A stretch of 63,619 nt of DNA, the filler included, from Sphacelaria rigidula (lineage: Eukaryota), in the NCBI GenBank assembly GCA_964200075.2. It is 10 parts of 10 records of this genome, joined end to end, with 100 filler letters (N's around TTAATTAATTAA, not from the genome) between each part and the next. Parts side by side here need not be neighbours in the genome. Positions count along the whole stretch, not along the records: positions 12,746 to 19,017 come from CAXNAA020021090.1; positions 19,118 to 25,389 come from CAXNAA020021091.1; 8 more parts are not named here. One strand, given 5' to 3'. Below the pieces are notes generated by a model. The model ran no database searches. It was not told the origin of the DNA and worked only from the letters and a program-made list of their open reading frames with translations. Below are positions 12,821-24,552 of the stretch, one piece after another (the first letter of the stretch is position 1; every line of letters starts with the position of its first letter). Both the position numbers and the translations under genes were made by a program.

Positions 12821-15633
12821 GGTACACGCCTGAAACCTTCTTAGACGTATTCTCAGACTATCTGTGAGTTCATATCAATGGTTTTGAACGATATGAGATA
12901 TGTCTGGAGTTTCTGTACATGTTTACTTGGTATCGATAAGAAGATCCAAGACATGCTATTATCAGCACACTCTACGTGACCCCTTTTTCTCTGTAAAACC
13001 GGTCACACAACTCCCACAATATGTCTCTGCTGTTGTACAAATGACCGACTGGCATCTGTACTTATTGGGTATTAAGACGTACACACGTGCAACAGAGAGC
13101 TGAAGATATTTGACCACAGTACGTGTATATATACAGATCGGCGTATTCGCGTGCTTTCAATGAGATTCGGCAGATCTCGATATTTTTCTCTTCAAGTACA
13201 CTGACCACGTCCTGTACGAAGGAAACAAATCACTGGCTCCCAACCATCGGATGGATCGCCGTCCAGCACACGGGATATCCGTTTTGCATTTCCAGCGATC
13301 GAGGAGAACACAATCAGGACAGATATGGACATCCCCAGATACATACCCAGTTGAGAACAACATTCTCCGACGTTTGCAGGTATTCTGCGATTTTGAAGCA
13401 GCGATTTACAATGCTGTATGGTTTTCTCCGAGTCTTGGGCATCATTCCTAAAGGTTGGCAAATCGTTTATTCCATGAAAACGTGGCATGTTTCATATCAG
13501 ATATCTAAAGCAGGGGTATATTTTTGATCTGTCGAAAGTATTGAAAACTCATGCGGCATCGACAAGAATGTTCGTTTATCTCGCTTGCCTTGTAAAACGA
13601 ACGGAGAGCACGCGCGAACAGTAAACGCGACCAACGCAATGCCGCCCGTCCGACCATCGATACTGCATTGCGTCAAGGTGATTGGTACACGTCCTAGGCA
13701 GCATGCGTTGCTCTTTGTGACCTCAGCACCGCGCGGCAATGTATAGTCGGTGTGCTCCACAGTACATTCACTTTTTGCAATGCTGGTGGTGAACACTACG
13801 CTTGCACATGGGTCTCACATCGTACATGCTATTGGCGTCGCACATTACTTGGGTTGGGGGACTATGGTTTGGTGTTGCATGCACCCTCTTGCTCATCATC
13901 ACTCCCATGCCATGCCGGCGAGCGCTTCGTGATGTGTTCATGCTCTGCCTCATAGGTGACTGTTAAAAAGACGTGCCCTGTGCAGGTAGGTTTGATCATT
14001 CATGAATCCCATGGAAAGTAACAATTTATTTTCTGGGAATAACCTAATAATCCTGTCCCGTTTATCCATGGGTTTGTTCTGTATTACTTCGCACGGTGGG
14101 AATTCCACCATGGTGCAGTCAACACTACTTGTCATACTTGTCATATTTCCTATCCGCTAGTCTACCTAACTAGCTCCACTTCACCAGTATAGCGCAAGGG
14201 CAAACCACAGTGCGGTGATCCGGGCCTTCGATCCACTGTACTCTGCTGAGACTCCCAACATAACGTATGGTGTGTGCCCAGGACAGCTTTGAGTATTCGC
14301 TGGGATATTCGAAACATGTGCATCATACATCTTTGTGTTTATGTGTCGATAGTCCTGCATCCAAAAAAGATCTACACCACTTCCTGTCGTGAGTTTATCT
14401 CTCATCAGCGAGTTGCTCCCCTTCTTATACGGTGTCTTGTAGAAGGAACCCTCACGGGCTTGAAGCTACGCAAGAACAGCTGTACAGGATCGCCTTCACA
14501 CCTTGGTGTAGCTCATTCAAGCCGGAAAGCGTATACATGATCGCTTAACCTCATCCGGATGGTGCGCAGGGCGCGATCTGCACACATATAAGCCGTGTGA
14601 GCACAGGACTTGCTGCCTTGCATCAAACTGTACCATTGCCTTCGAATTCACGGCGAGCGCAGTTCCCATGTGTCGACACCACATAGTACCCCATCAAGTA
14701 CGATTCATGTGGCGTCGTATATGTAGTCTCACCACTGTGGCTTTTGAACACCAACGGCAGCCACGGCAGAACACAGCACAACGGCTCATTGGTACCATTC
14801 CAGTGATGAAATTCCGGTGCCTTTGCGTATAGAACCTCTTGTGGAGCCTGTCTTACATGCGATCAGAAGTCATGTTGATCCAGTACAAGCACCAGAAACA
14901 AATCAAGTTGCGGGGAGCGAATGCCTCCTTTCCATGACGGCGCGTAGCTGACAGGGCTTTTTGAACCATCTCACCGCCGATACACGGACCGTGTTGCGAT
15001 AGTGCATCTGAGAGTTGCCGTCTTCACCTGGGGTGCTGTGCAAGCTAGAATACATCGCCGACGATATTTACCGAGGAATACCCAGCAGGAAATAACGATA
15101 AGAACATGGCCTGGACCATGTATCGCCTTCGCACGCCGGCGTGTATCTGCTAACCCTTGTCCAGCCGGTATCGATGCATGAACCGTGTCCCCCTAGTTCG
15201 TCTTGGCCTTCTCGTGGTATATGATGCCCTTCAGATGCTTCATTCGCCTTCGACCCCTACTTCTATAGTGTACAGGATATCTCGTTTGCTGGAACTCTCT
15301 TGCAAGTGGTGCTGCAGTTGTTACGATCAGTTTACATGTATCGTCGTGTAAGTTGAATGCAGGCAGCCTCTTTTTCTCCGGAGTATGTACCCCCAACAAA
15401 AGTGCCGATCGCTCTGTAAAGCGTGCCAACTCGCTTTCACACATGGCTCACGGAAGACTTCCCGCCGTTTTGGCATTTGCGCTACCGTGAGCAGTTAGTC
15501 TTCGAAGAAGCACCACGCGAAGGACATCACGGCCGACGTCGCTGAAGAAAATGGCATCACCACGGGCTGCTCCGAGCCGCCACGCCACAGTGCACAGGGC
15601 CACACGGCGGAGTTTTGCCCCAAACATGCGAAG

Positions 15634-18501
15634 TTGAAAGTGGTGAATGTGAAAAACAAGTGCGGTGAGGAGGGCTGCTCCTACCGGCCGCCTCAACGAG
15701 AAGCAAGAGGCGAGAAGGAGGATTTCTGCTTTGAGCACTTTAGGGCGGGGATGGTGAATGTGAAGAAGAGGTGCGGCGACGAGGGCTGCTCAAAGCGTCC
15801 GTCGTATGGTGTAGTGGGAAGCAAGAAGGCGGAGTTCTGCTTTGAGCACTCTAGGGCGGGGATGGTGAATGTGGTGAAAAAGAGGTGCGGCGGCGAAGGC
15901 TGCTCCACTCAGGCGTCTTTCGGTGTGGTAGGAAGCAAGAAGGCGGAGTTCTGCTTCAAGCATGCCATGGCGGGGATGGTGTATGTTTTGAAGAAGAGGT
16001 GCGGCCACGAGGGGTGCTCAAGGCATCCGTCTTTTGGTGTGGTAAAAAGCAAGAGAGCGGAGTTCTGCTCCAAGCATGCCAGGTCGGGGATGGTAGATGT
16101 CGTGAGCAAGAGGTGCGGCGAGGAGGGCTGCTCAAAGCATCCGTCGTATGGCTTAGTAGGAAGCAAGGCGGAGTTTTGCTTTGAGCACGCCAGGGCGGGG
16201 ATGGTGGACGTGAGAAGCAAGAAGTGTGGCTACGAGGGCTGCTCAAAGCAGTCGTCTCATGGTGTAGTAGGAAGCAAGAAGGCGGAGTTCTGCTTTGAGC
16301 ACGCCAGGGCGGGGATGGTGGACGTGAGAAGCAAGAAGTGCGGCTACGAGGGCTGCTCTACGAGGCCGTCTCATGGTGTAGTGGGTAGCAAGAAAGCGGA
16401 GTTCTGCTTTGAGCATGCCATGGCGGGCATGGTGAATGTTTCGAAGAAGAAGTGCGGCCACGAGGGGTGCTCACGGCATCCGTCTTTTGGCGTGGTAAAA
16501 AGCAAGAGAGCGGAGTTCTGCTCCAAGCATGCCAGGTCGGGGATGGTAGATGTGGTGAACAAGAGGTGCAGCGAGGAGGGCTGCTCAAAGCACCCGTCGT
16601 ATGGCTTAGTAGGAAGCAAGGCGGAGTTTTGCTTTGAGCACGCCAGGGCGGGGATGGTGGACGTGAAAAGTAAGAAGTGTGGCCACGAGGGCTGCTCAAA
16701 GCAGTCGTCGTATGGTGTAGTAGGAAGCAAGACGGCGGAGGTCTGCGCCGAGCACGCCAGTGCGGGGATGGTGATGGTGCGGAACAAGAAGTGTAGCAAC
16801 GGGGGCTGCTCTAAGCATCCGTCGTATGGTGTGGTAGGAAGCAAGAAGGCGGAGTTCTGCTTTGAGCATGCCATGGTGGGGATGGTGAACGTGAGAAGCA
16901 AGAAGTGCGGCTACGAGGGCTGTTTAAAGCATCCGTCTTACGGTGTAGTAGAAAGCAAAAAGGCGGAGTTCTGCTTTGAGCACGCCATGGCGGGGATGGT
17001 GAATGTTGTGATCAAGAGATGCGGCTTCGAGAGCTGCTCAATACGGCCGTCTTATGGTGAAGTGGGAAGCAAGAAGGCGGAGTTCTGCTCCAAGCATGCC
17101 ATTGCGGGGATGGTGAACGTTGTGAACAAGAGGTGCGTCTACGAGGGCTGCTCCACTCAGGCGTCTTATGGTTTGGTGGGCAGCAAGAAGGAGGGGTTCT
17201 GCTCCAAGCATGCCAGGGCAGGCATGTTGATTGTGCGGAACAAGAGGTGCGGCTATGAGGGCTGCTCCACTCAGGCGTCTTATGGTTTGGAGGGCAGCAA
17301 GAAGGCGGAGTTCTGCTCCAAGCATGCCAGGGCCGGTATGGTGAATGTGAGAGACAAGAAGTGCTATTTCGAGGGCTGCTCTACGAAGCCGTATTTCGGT
17401 GTAGTGGGAAGCAAGAAAGCGGAGTTCTGCTCCAAGCATGCGATGGCGGGCATGGTTAATGTTGTGAACAAGATGTGCGGCTACGAGGGCTGCTCGAAGC
17501 ATCCGTCTTTCGGTGTAGTGGGAAGCAAGAAAGCGGAGTTCTGCTCCAAGCATGCCATGGCGGGGATGGTGAATGTCCGAGTTGGTGAGTGCGGCTACGA
17601 GGGCTGCTCTACTCAGCCGTGTTTTGGTGTAGTGGGGAGCAAGAAGGCGGAGTTCTGCTCCAAGCATGCTAAGGCGAGGATGGTGAATGTCAGAGTTGGT
17701 GTGTGCGGCTACGGAGGCTGCTCTACTCAGCCGTCTCATGGAGTAGCTGGAATCAAGAAGGCGAAGTTCTGCTTCGAGCATGCCAAGGCGGGAATGATGA
17801 ACGTTGTGAGCAAAAAGTGCGGCGGTGACAGCTGCTCCACTCAAGCGTCATATGGTTCAGTGGGAAACAAGGCGGACTCCTGCTCCAAGCATGCCAGGGC
17901 GGAAATGGTGGATGTGGTGAAGAAGAACTACAGCTACGAGGGATGCTCCAACAGGCGGTCGTTCGGTGACACGGGCAGCATAAAGGCGGAGTTCTGCTCT
18001 GAGCAAGCGAGGGCGGGAATGGTGAATATGGGGAGCAAACGGTGCAGTGAAGGGGCGTGCTCCAGATGGGTTATCCGCAAGAAGCACAACGTTGTTGATG
18101 AAGAGACGTCATGTCGAGAACACGCTAGTGCACGCAACGCAGCTGCGGTGTCTGATACCGCGAAGCTCAACACTTGGGAGGGCGCCCCCGGCCGTGGCCC
18201 GACGGAGGCCAGTGGAGAAAGCGTTGCTGATGTACAAGGAACGAAACGCAATCACGCGGCATTCTCGGCTCCTGTTGCAAACGACTTTGTTGGTGCTCGC
18301 CGCAATGCCGATGCCGGTCCCAGGCAGGGTGTGAGAAAACCGTTGCTCTCGGGATGCCCACTTTTAAGGACTGGTGGAAGGGTGACTTTCAGAACAAGAG
18401 CAGGAGCAGGGATGAAGGTAGAGGTGGCAGTCCCTTCGCCCACTCCCAGTGGCGATGAGATGAGGGAGTATCGTAAGTTGGCTGCCTCTTCGAGCAGTTG
18501 A
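15634..18501 (+). CDS. EsV-1-7 cysteine-rich repeat protein (about 22 tandem 37-38 aa C-x4-C-x15/16-C-x2-H repeats), intronless. First in-frame ATG at 15751; possibly a disrupted 15385-18696 gene
   Basis: 955-codon open frame with unit consensus KKCGYEGCSKHPSYGVVGSKKAEFCSKHARAGMVNVV. This matches the EsV-1-7 motif known from Ectocarpus siliculosus virus-1 and the expanded brown-algal host family that includes IMMEDIATE UPRIGHT. Confidence 0.92.
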   Translation: MKVVNVKNKCGEEGCSYRPPQREARGEKEDFCFEHFRAGMVNVKKRCGDEGCSKRPSYGVVGSKKAEFCFEHSRAGMVNVVKKRCGGEGCSTQASFGVVGSKKAEFCFKHAMAGMVYVLKKRCGHEGCSRHPSFGVVKSKRAEFCSKHARSGMVDVVSKRCGEEGCSKHPSYGLVGSKAEFCFEHARAGMVDVRSKKCGYEGCSKQSSHGVVGSKKAEFCFEHARAGMVDVRSKKCGYEGCSTRPSHGVVGSKKAEFCFEHAMAGMVNVSKKKCGHEGCSRHPSFGVVKSKRAEFCSKHARSGMVDVVNKRCSEEGCSKHPSYGLVGSKAEFCFEHARAGMVDVKSKKCGHEGCSKQSSYGVVGSKTAEVCAEHASAGMVMVRNKKCSNGGCSKHPSYGVVGSKKAEFCFEHAMVGMVNVRSKKCGYEGCLKHPSYGVVESKKAEFCFEHAMAGMVNVVIKRCGFESCSIRPSYGEVGSKKAEFCSKHAIAGMVNVVNKRCVYEGCSTQASYGLVGSKKEGFCSKHARAGMLIVRNKRCGYEGCSTQASYGLEGSKKAEFCSKHARAGMVNVRDKKCYFEGCSTKPYFGVVGSKKAEFCSKHAMAGMVNVVNKMCGYEGCSKHPSFGVVGSKKAEFCSKHAMAGMVNVRVGECGYEGCSTQPCFGVVGSKKAEFCSKHAKARMVNVRVGVCGYGGCSTQPSHGVAGIKKAKFCFEHAKAGMMNVVSKKCGGDSCSTQASYGSVGNKADSCSKHARAEMVDVVKKNYSYEGCSNRRSFGDTGSIKAEFCSEQARAGMVNMGSKRCSEGACSRWVIRKKHNVVDEETSCREHASARNAAAVSDTAKLNTWEGAPGRGPTEASGESVADVQGTKRNHAAFSAPVANDFVGARRNADAGPRQGVRKPLLSGCPLLRTGGRVTFRTRAGAGMKVEVAVPSPTPSGDEMREYRKLAASSSS
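15652..18123 (+). repeat. Coding tandem repeat, 114-bp unit (111 bp in three units), about 22 copies
   Basis: Recurrent gagggctgctc ... agcaagaaggcggagttctgc ... gcggggatggtg at 111-114 bp spacing. Confidence 0.95.
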
Positions 18502-19147
18502 AGAAGCACGCGCGGTGGTAGTGACTTTGTCAGCAGTGGTGGTGAAAGTACGAGGTGGCTCTGTAGTTCGGTGGCAGTGGTACCTGAACGCCTGGGCGGA
18601 CTTGATGATGCCGCTTCTGAAGAGGCGAAGAAGAATTCGAACGTGAAGTTGGAGCTAGGAGTGTCCAGTGCGTATCCTCCGGCGTCCGAAGCATGATGGA
18701 TGGCACGATTCCTTATACCGGCGCTGTTGCGTGGATTAATCTAGAAGGGTGTTGGTGTGTGCCCGTGTATGTTGTCAGCGGCCTCAAACGACAATTGGTC
18801 GACAAGATAGTTTTTTCTTCCATTGATGCGAAGCAGTTTGTGAGACTGCGGCTTCCTGATTTCCCAGCGCTACGTTCCACCAGATTCTCTTCGAGGCGCA
18901 GTTTTCATGCCTGCTCCTACCTTGTGCTTTGGTGACAATTTGCCAAGAAACAGCAAATTGTGCGAATTGAGGTTTAACTCTGAATTGAGGCTCAAGTGGG
19001 CAACCCGACTTGCGAACNNNNNNNNNNNNNNNNNNNNNNNNNNNNNNNNNNNNNNNNNNNNTTAATTAATTAANNNNNNNNNNNNNNNNNNNNNNNNNNN
19101 NNNNNNNNNNNNNNNNNTTGGATCAGCGGTCAACTTTTTTCTCCCTT

Positions 19148-19225
19148 CTGGGCAATCAGGCCGAAGAAATCGTGGATTTGGTGATTTGAACCCGTGATGA
19201 TTCGCCCTAACCGTGCATTATTTGC
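19148..19225. repeat. Interspersed repeat shared (inverted) with 57178-57248
   Basis: gggcaatcaggc.ga.gaaatcgtg.atttggtgattt..cgtgatgatt.g.cctaaccgtg is the reverse complement of the last 70 bp of contig 9. Confidence 0.75.
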
Positions 19226-19334
19226 TCATACTTTTGATCGTCCGTGACGTAACATCACTCATATCATTGATGACCATCGTTCGCCCATGTACTCAACATA
19301 GTCTGTGAAGTGACATCACGAAGTCACCGACGGT

Positions 19335-20600
19335 CACGGTTACTCATCATACCCAAGTGATAATCTATACCTGAGTATTACTGAGAGTGCTTACCCAATA
19401 GTTGAGTAGACTATTTGAGGCCATACTCAATCTACCCAAGTTTGAGTAGCAGTCTTACGCCGAAAAAAAACAGAAAAAGATTCGGAACAGAATTCGACAT
19501 ATTTTCGCACCAATACGCACGCACACACGACGCAACCCCAGACTCAGGAAGATGAGGTTGATGTCTGTTGTCTACATGACATGTGGTCTAAGTTTCAGCG
19601 CGTGAAAGCCCTGACAGCGCTTGCACGGCCGTGCCTCCTGAAGTGAGCACCTCTAAAGGCGAGACCAAGATGTGTACCGCGTAGAATGACATCACCCAGA
19701 GTGTGCCCAATGCGGGTCGATGTTTGTTTGCCGGGGCAGGGGCCACCCAGCAGGAAGTGAGCGCATCTGCGTGTCAACATATGCATCCACTGACGTTTCA
19801 CGCAGTCTGGGCCGAGGGGACTCCGTTTTGAGGGCGTATCGATGGCATTGCCCAAAATCCGTATTCGCTTCGTGCGTGTGGCGCACCGTGTAAAACGTGC
19901 TGCCGATCCGGGAATATGCTGTCTGTGTTGTGGTATACCTCTATGCCAAGCTTCAGGCCGGTTCGTTCAGACACGGCGCAGAAACCCAAGAGCAAAGTAA
20001 CGCTTGACTTGTACTGAAAATACGGTACTAAACCGTCGAAAGATACATGAGGTGCGTATGATTCTTGTATGCGGGCATCTTGGCATTTGAGTTGATTCTG
20101 TTTTTTTGGCGTAAGACTGGTAGAGTATTGAGGTCATACCCAAGGGATACTCTATACCCAAGTATTTCTCAGAGTGCTTAAACAATTTTTGAGTAGAGTA
20201 TTTGAGGTACGACAGGAGAGGAGCTGGAACTCTAATCTCCAATGTAGGTGTAACCGCTTTTTTGGTGGTCGAGTGTCGTGTCCGAAGCAAGCTCAAAATG
20301 AAGACAAGCTTTGAAGTGCCGAAAAGACATAAATAGATTGTGAAACATCCTTTGATTGATTTTACATGTACTGTACTTTGTGTCGCTTCACTCCGAGTCA
20401 CAACCTAGATCAGAGATCACACCAAAGTCAGAAAATGGAGAAGAGTAAACGCGAGGGGGTGCGTGCGGAAAATACCTTCTGCTCTCACCCTTCTGTCTCT
20501 TCATCCCTTAACGTACTTGGCAACCAATCTGTGATTTTAACTCAAAATTACTCACTCTTCATACTCAGAGTACACCCAACAGCTCGTTTTTTCTTGCTCT
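19335..20600. mobile_element. Non-autonomous DNA transposon remnants with TACTCA/TGAGTA/TACCCA subterminal motifs
   Basis: Motif clusters at 19335-19450, 20120-20210 and 20540-20570, with a similar cluster at 35380-35485. No ORF. Confidence 0.45.
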
Positions 20601-21697
20601 CAGTCCGATATATGTCCACCCCTACAGCTGAGACCTTCCGATCCGGAATACAAGTTTTTATTGACTTTGATTTCGTCAACCGAGAACATATCAGCACACT
20701 TGTAATAAGAAACTAGGCTTGTGGCTTAAAATACTTTCAACCCTTTTGGGACTGGGCCTCCAAAACGACCAATGAGGCTGGTAAGGAATGACGTGTCCCG
20801 CATATGCGTGAAACAGTGGCTTCGTGTGGCTAAAAATCAACGTAAGTATGTAACGGCAGGGTTTGATGAAGACCGAAAGTGTCATCCAATCCATTTTCAG
20901 GTGCAGGTGCAAGCTGTCTGTACTCTAATTCGGGTGTTGTGCGCATCAGATTTTATACTATTAATACAGATGTATCAAGCAGTATGAGTCGCGGTGGAGA
21001 GCTTTCGACAGGATGTGGCAACCGCCGCCCGCTTGTGGCCTTGGATATTGTCCCCATCACCTTGCCACACAGCCCTTTGTGATCGGGGTGGGTCGCGATT
21101 TCCCTCCTTGTTGCAAGCGGCAAATTCTCTTCGAACGGCATGGGTGCTGCGCCGCAGATACAGTACAGTACAGTGCAGCATGCCTTTCCGAATGCAGCAG
21201 CAGCTGCTGCTGCATGCTCCCTCACATGTTCTGGGCAGTTCTCCGCGACGGAGATCAGCTGCCTATACACAGCTTGTTCGTTACCGTCGATTACATACGA
21301 CCTCACCGCCGCTTGTACTGCCTCGACAGAGGGATACGCGGAACTCATGCCTCTAGCTGGGTCTCTCGTCCCACAGTGTTGCCAAATTCAGTCGCCTTGA
21401 GAACATGACCACATGTATAGTAGGGCACATTTATTCCCGAATTTTCCCCGAGCACGACTGTTAGTGTTATCAACCAGGGTTTACTATAGGATGGTGACCC
21501 CAAGAAAATCGGGGGATGGGAGGTCGGGCCTGCATAAAATGCAAGTAAAAGATAAAAAATCGGGAATCCGAGCCCCGACAACTTGGGGTTTCTTTTGCTT
21601 CGAAGGCTTTTCTGCGGGCCAGGGACAGGGTACACCAACCTTGCAGTGACATTACACATTACTCCCGGCAACAGCCCCCCCCCACTGGTCGTTCTGA

Positions 21698-21967
21698 TGT
21701 GGTCGATAAATTTCGCCTCGCCCTGATTGGACAGGTCGCTCCCAAGCTTGTCAATTATTATTTTACTAACACATGGTGAGCCCCTTGTTAGTAAGCTTCA
21801 GTTCAAAAGGGTCAAGCACCACAATACAATCTCTGTACTTCGTGTACTCCGGACAAGGATTATTTCATCATGTTTTACCCCGATTCTCACATACACGCTT
21901 CTGTCTTTTCAAACTAGAACTGGTTCAGCGCGAAACAATAATGCCTCCGAAAACTCGGCTCGCCACA
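21698..21967 (+). mobile_element. Probable LTR (TGTGG...CCACA, 270 bp)
   Basis: Begins tgtggtcga and ends tcgccaca (TG..CA with short inverted termini). The 3' 100 bp recurs at 24098-24195 ending in tcaca, and an internal part recurs at about 23120-23160. A gag-like frame follows. Confidence 0.65.
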
Positions 21968-22179
21968 TTAGCCTATTCTGTGAACCTAAATTTTCATCTC
22001 TTGTTCGGATGAATTTGGTGACGATAACGTGAACAACACCGTACGTTCGAGTCGAGGCTAGCGACGGGCCGACCGGACACAGGGGGGTAACTGCTACCCG
22101 GGTAAAACCAGTGCCATCGTCTCGATGAGAACCTCGAATAGGTGCTCGGTCGGATGGTCGGTCGGATGGTCGGTTTCTG

Positions 22180-23108
22180 TTGTCCACGCAACATCGTGAA
22201 TTGTTAGCAGAACCAATAGTGACCACGTGCGCTACCTCTGTTGCGGGTACTTTCCCTTCCCCGGCAGACACCAATGCTCGCACGGTAGTCGACGGCAAAT
22301 CTCCGAAGTCGAAATCGCCGGCGGTGGGATTGCCGGGAGTAATGGTTCCTCACACGTCCCGCCCCGAGGAGGCCGGCGCCGCCAGTACAGCTACCCCCGC
22401 GGAAACTCCGGCTTCTCATGCCGAGGAGGTAACCCCGCACGGTAAAATGGTAGCTGATGAGCTTGCTCCTCCTACTAACCCCGCGGTAGGGTTTGACGAA
22501 CCAAGTACGATGGTGGATTATGTGATGGAAAATGTCCGCTACCGGTTGGGACTCTTTGTCGCACGCGGATAGATGCCGAGTACTATGAATGGACGCCGAA
22601 GATGGAGGTCGCTCAGTTACGACGGTCGCTGCGCCGGGGGGGGGTCTATACCCCCATTCCGTCGGGTAGGACGAGGCCCATGTTGGCTAAGAAAATACTC
22701 GAAGAGAATAAACCCATCCTTAGTACGGCGGCCGCGGTAGCTAGCCTAGTTGCTGAACGCACACTCCTTGTGAGGTCTTCGTCCCCAGTTAGTGTAACCT
22801 CCCAGGGGGATTCTGACACGGATGGCGGTGAGGCTCTCGCTCGAGTTTTGCATAAAGCTGAACTCCGTGCTGCTGCGCCTAGACAGAAGCAGCTGGCAGC
22901 ACTTATAATAACGAATGAAGCAATGGCTCGACGGCTGTCCTCAAACCCTGTAAGTGAAGTCGAGGCTTGCAGTCAGCCTACCGCGGGGACGTCCATGTCA
23001 GCTGATCCAGACTGGCAGGTGGTAGGACAACCCCACAAAATATACGCTCAAGTGTTGAACGAAAGCCTCATCCCGGGTGGCGGGACAGAAACTAGGGTTA
23101 TGGCTTGA
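22180..23108 (+). pseudogene. Frameshifted gag-like ORF downstream of the LTR
   Basis: Two consecutive ORFs (22180-22572, 22602-23108) read as one P/A/T-rich then helical protein with a single frameshift. Position right after the LTR. No diagnostic motif seen. Confidence 0.4.
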
Positions 23109-24097
23109 AATACTTTCAAACACCACAATACGATCTCTGTACTCCGGACAATTATTATTTTATCGGCACTGGGCCCACAGATAGGGGCCAGATTTATGAG
23201 TTGCAAAGTTTCTCGACCAATCAGAGTCTTTGAATACACCAAAATGCGGCGACCTTTCTTCAATCAGATGAGAGATATGAGTGGGAGGTAAGTCAAAAAG
23301 CAGCTTTGATTGGTCCACACTCTGCGCCGCTGCGACACAGACAGCTGCTACCGGCAATAAACGAGGATACAGCAGCTCCGTGCTGGCTCAGTTTGTTTGT
23401 CCCAACCTGCACGCACCCGCCTGGCGTGTCTTCCCCGATCACAGCACCCGACTACAACTGAAGTACCAGAGAAGACTCAACAGACAGCTGTACAGCCGTC
23501 ACGAGACGAATGTTTCAACCCTCCTTTGTTTCAACAGCACCTTGATCCCACCCCGATTCTGTGCAGCCCGAAACACGGCATGCAGCAGTACAACTGCTCA
23601 GGCACTCTCCAGTGCACATCGCACCGTGATCGTCGTAGAGTGGATGCCCAACAGCACAGCGAGAACAACAGCATAGAAATGGTGGGTTTGGGGAGCGCCT
23701 TATTCCTTTGACTCGAGACGAAACAGACAGCACACCATGATTGATTCAACTGTGTATAGAGCACTGCGTGCCGACATTATTTTTCATAGAGACGAACGGA
23801 ATGACAATATAAAGCAACTCAGGCACTCCCAGCGGAGATCAAATCGTCTCCACAAAGGCCTGAAGACGCCACAGCGCAGCGACAGCTACGGCACACAAGG
23901 CAGAGCATGGGTGTGTCTGTGCTGCAGTACAGTGGTACAGGACATGTCCCATTCGATAGTTATTTCCTTGATTTCGGGTGGGTCCTCGATTTTTGCTCAG
24001 GGGCGATTTTCAAACGCTCGGCCATAATCGCGCTTCGCGCGAAGATATTTTGATTCGCCTTGAGTTACCTCTATCTGTGGGAGGTGAGCCATCCTAT

Positions 24098-24195
24098 CAT
24101 GTTTGATCCCGATTCTCACATACACGCTTCTGTCGTTAATACTAGAACTGGTTGAGCACGAAACAATAGTGCCTCCGAGAACTCGGCTCATCACA
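24098..24195 (+). mobile_element. LTR 3' fragment related to 21868-21967
   Basis: cccgattctcacatacacgcttctgtc....actagaactggtt.agc.cgaaacaata.tgcctccga.aactcggctc...aca is shared. Confidence 0.7.
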
Positions 24196-24552
24196 GGTCG
24201 TACTCAATCTACTAGGGTTGGGGACTGGACCAGTATCTACTGACAGTATTCCTGCACTGGCAGTTTTCCTGTACTGCGTCGGAGGCTGCCAGTACAGCCA
24301 GTACATACCCATCTTGCGTACGTCCATTATTATGCCTCCTACACCACATGGAAACCCACCGAAACTGCGCCGCATGAGAGGCAGGAGAGGAGAGAGGTTG
24401 AGAACAGGGCACACACACACTAGAGGGAGACCGCAAAATCGATTGACCAATATGTCAATAGCAGCAGCAGCCCGCCCGCTTCAGACCCGAGCCCGGGGTC
24501 TCAGATCTTTGAACCCGCCGCGGCCTCCAGCGAATCTGGTGACGCAGAAGTA

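Noticed and set aside
15693..17844. Multiple antisense and alternate-frame ORFs over the repeat gene
   Set aside because: Shadows of the stop-poor 114-bp coding repeat.
18499..18501. Selenocysteine or programmed readthrough at the in-frame TGA
   Set aside because: It lies in a low-complexity tail rather than a redox motif, the context TGA-A is not a typical leaky one, and I identified no SECIS. A nonsense mutation is simpler.
12746..19017. Integrated phaeovirus (EsV-1-like provirus) segment
   Set aside because: Only the EsV-1-7 repeat gene is recognisable. There are no NCLDV core genes or gene-dense viral layout, and the flanks are host repeats. The family is known to be host-expanded.
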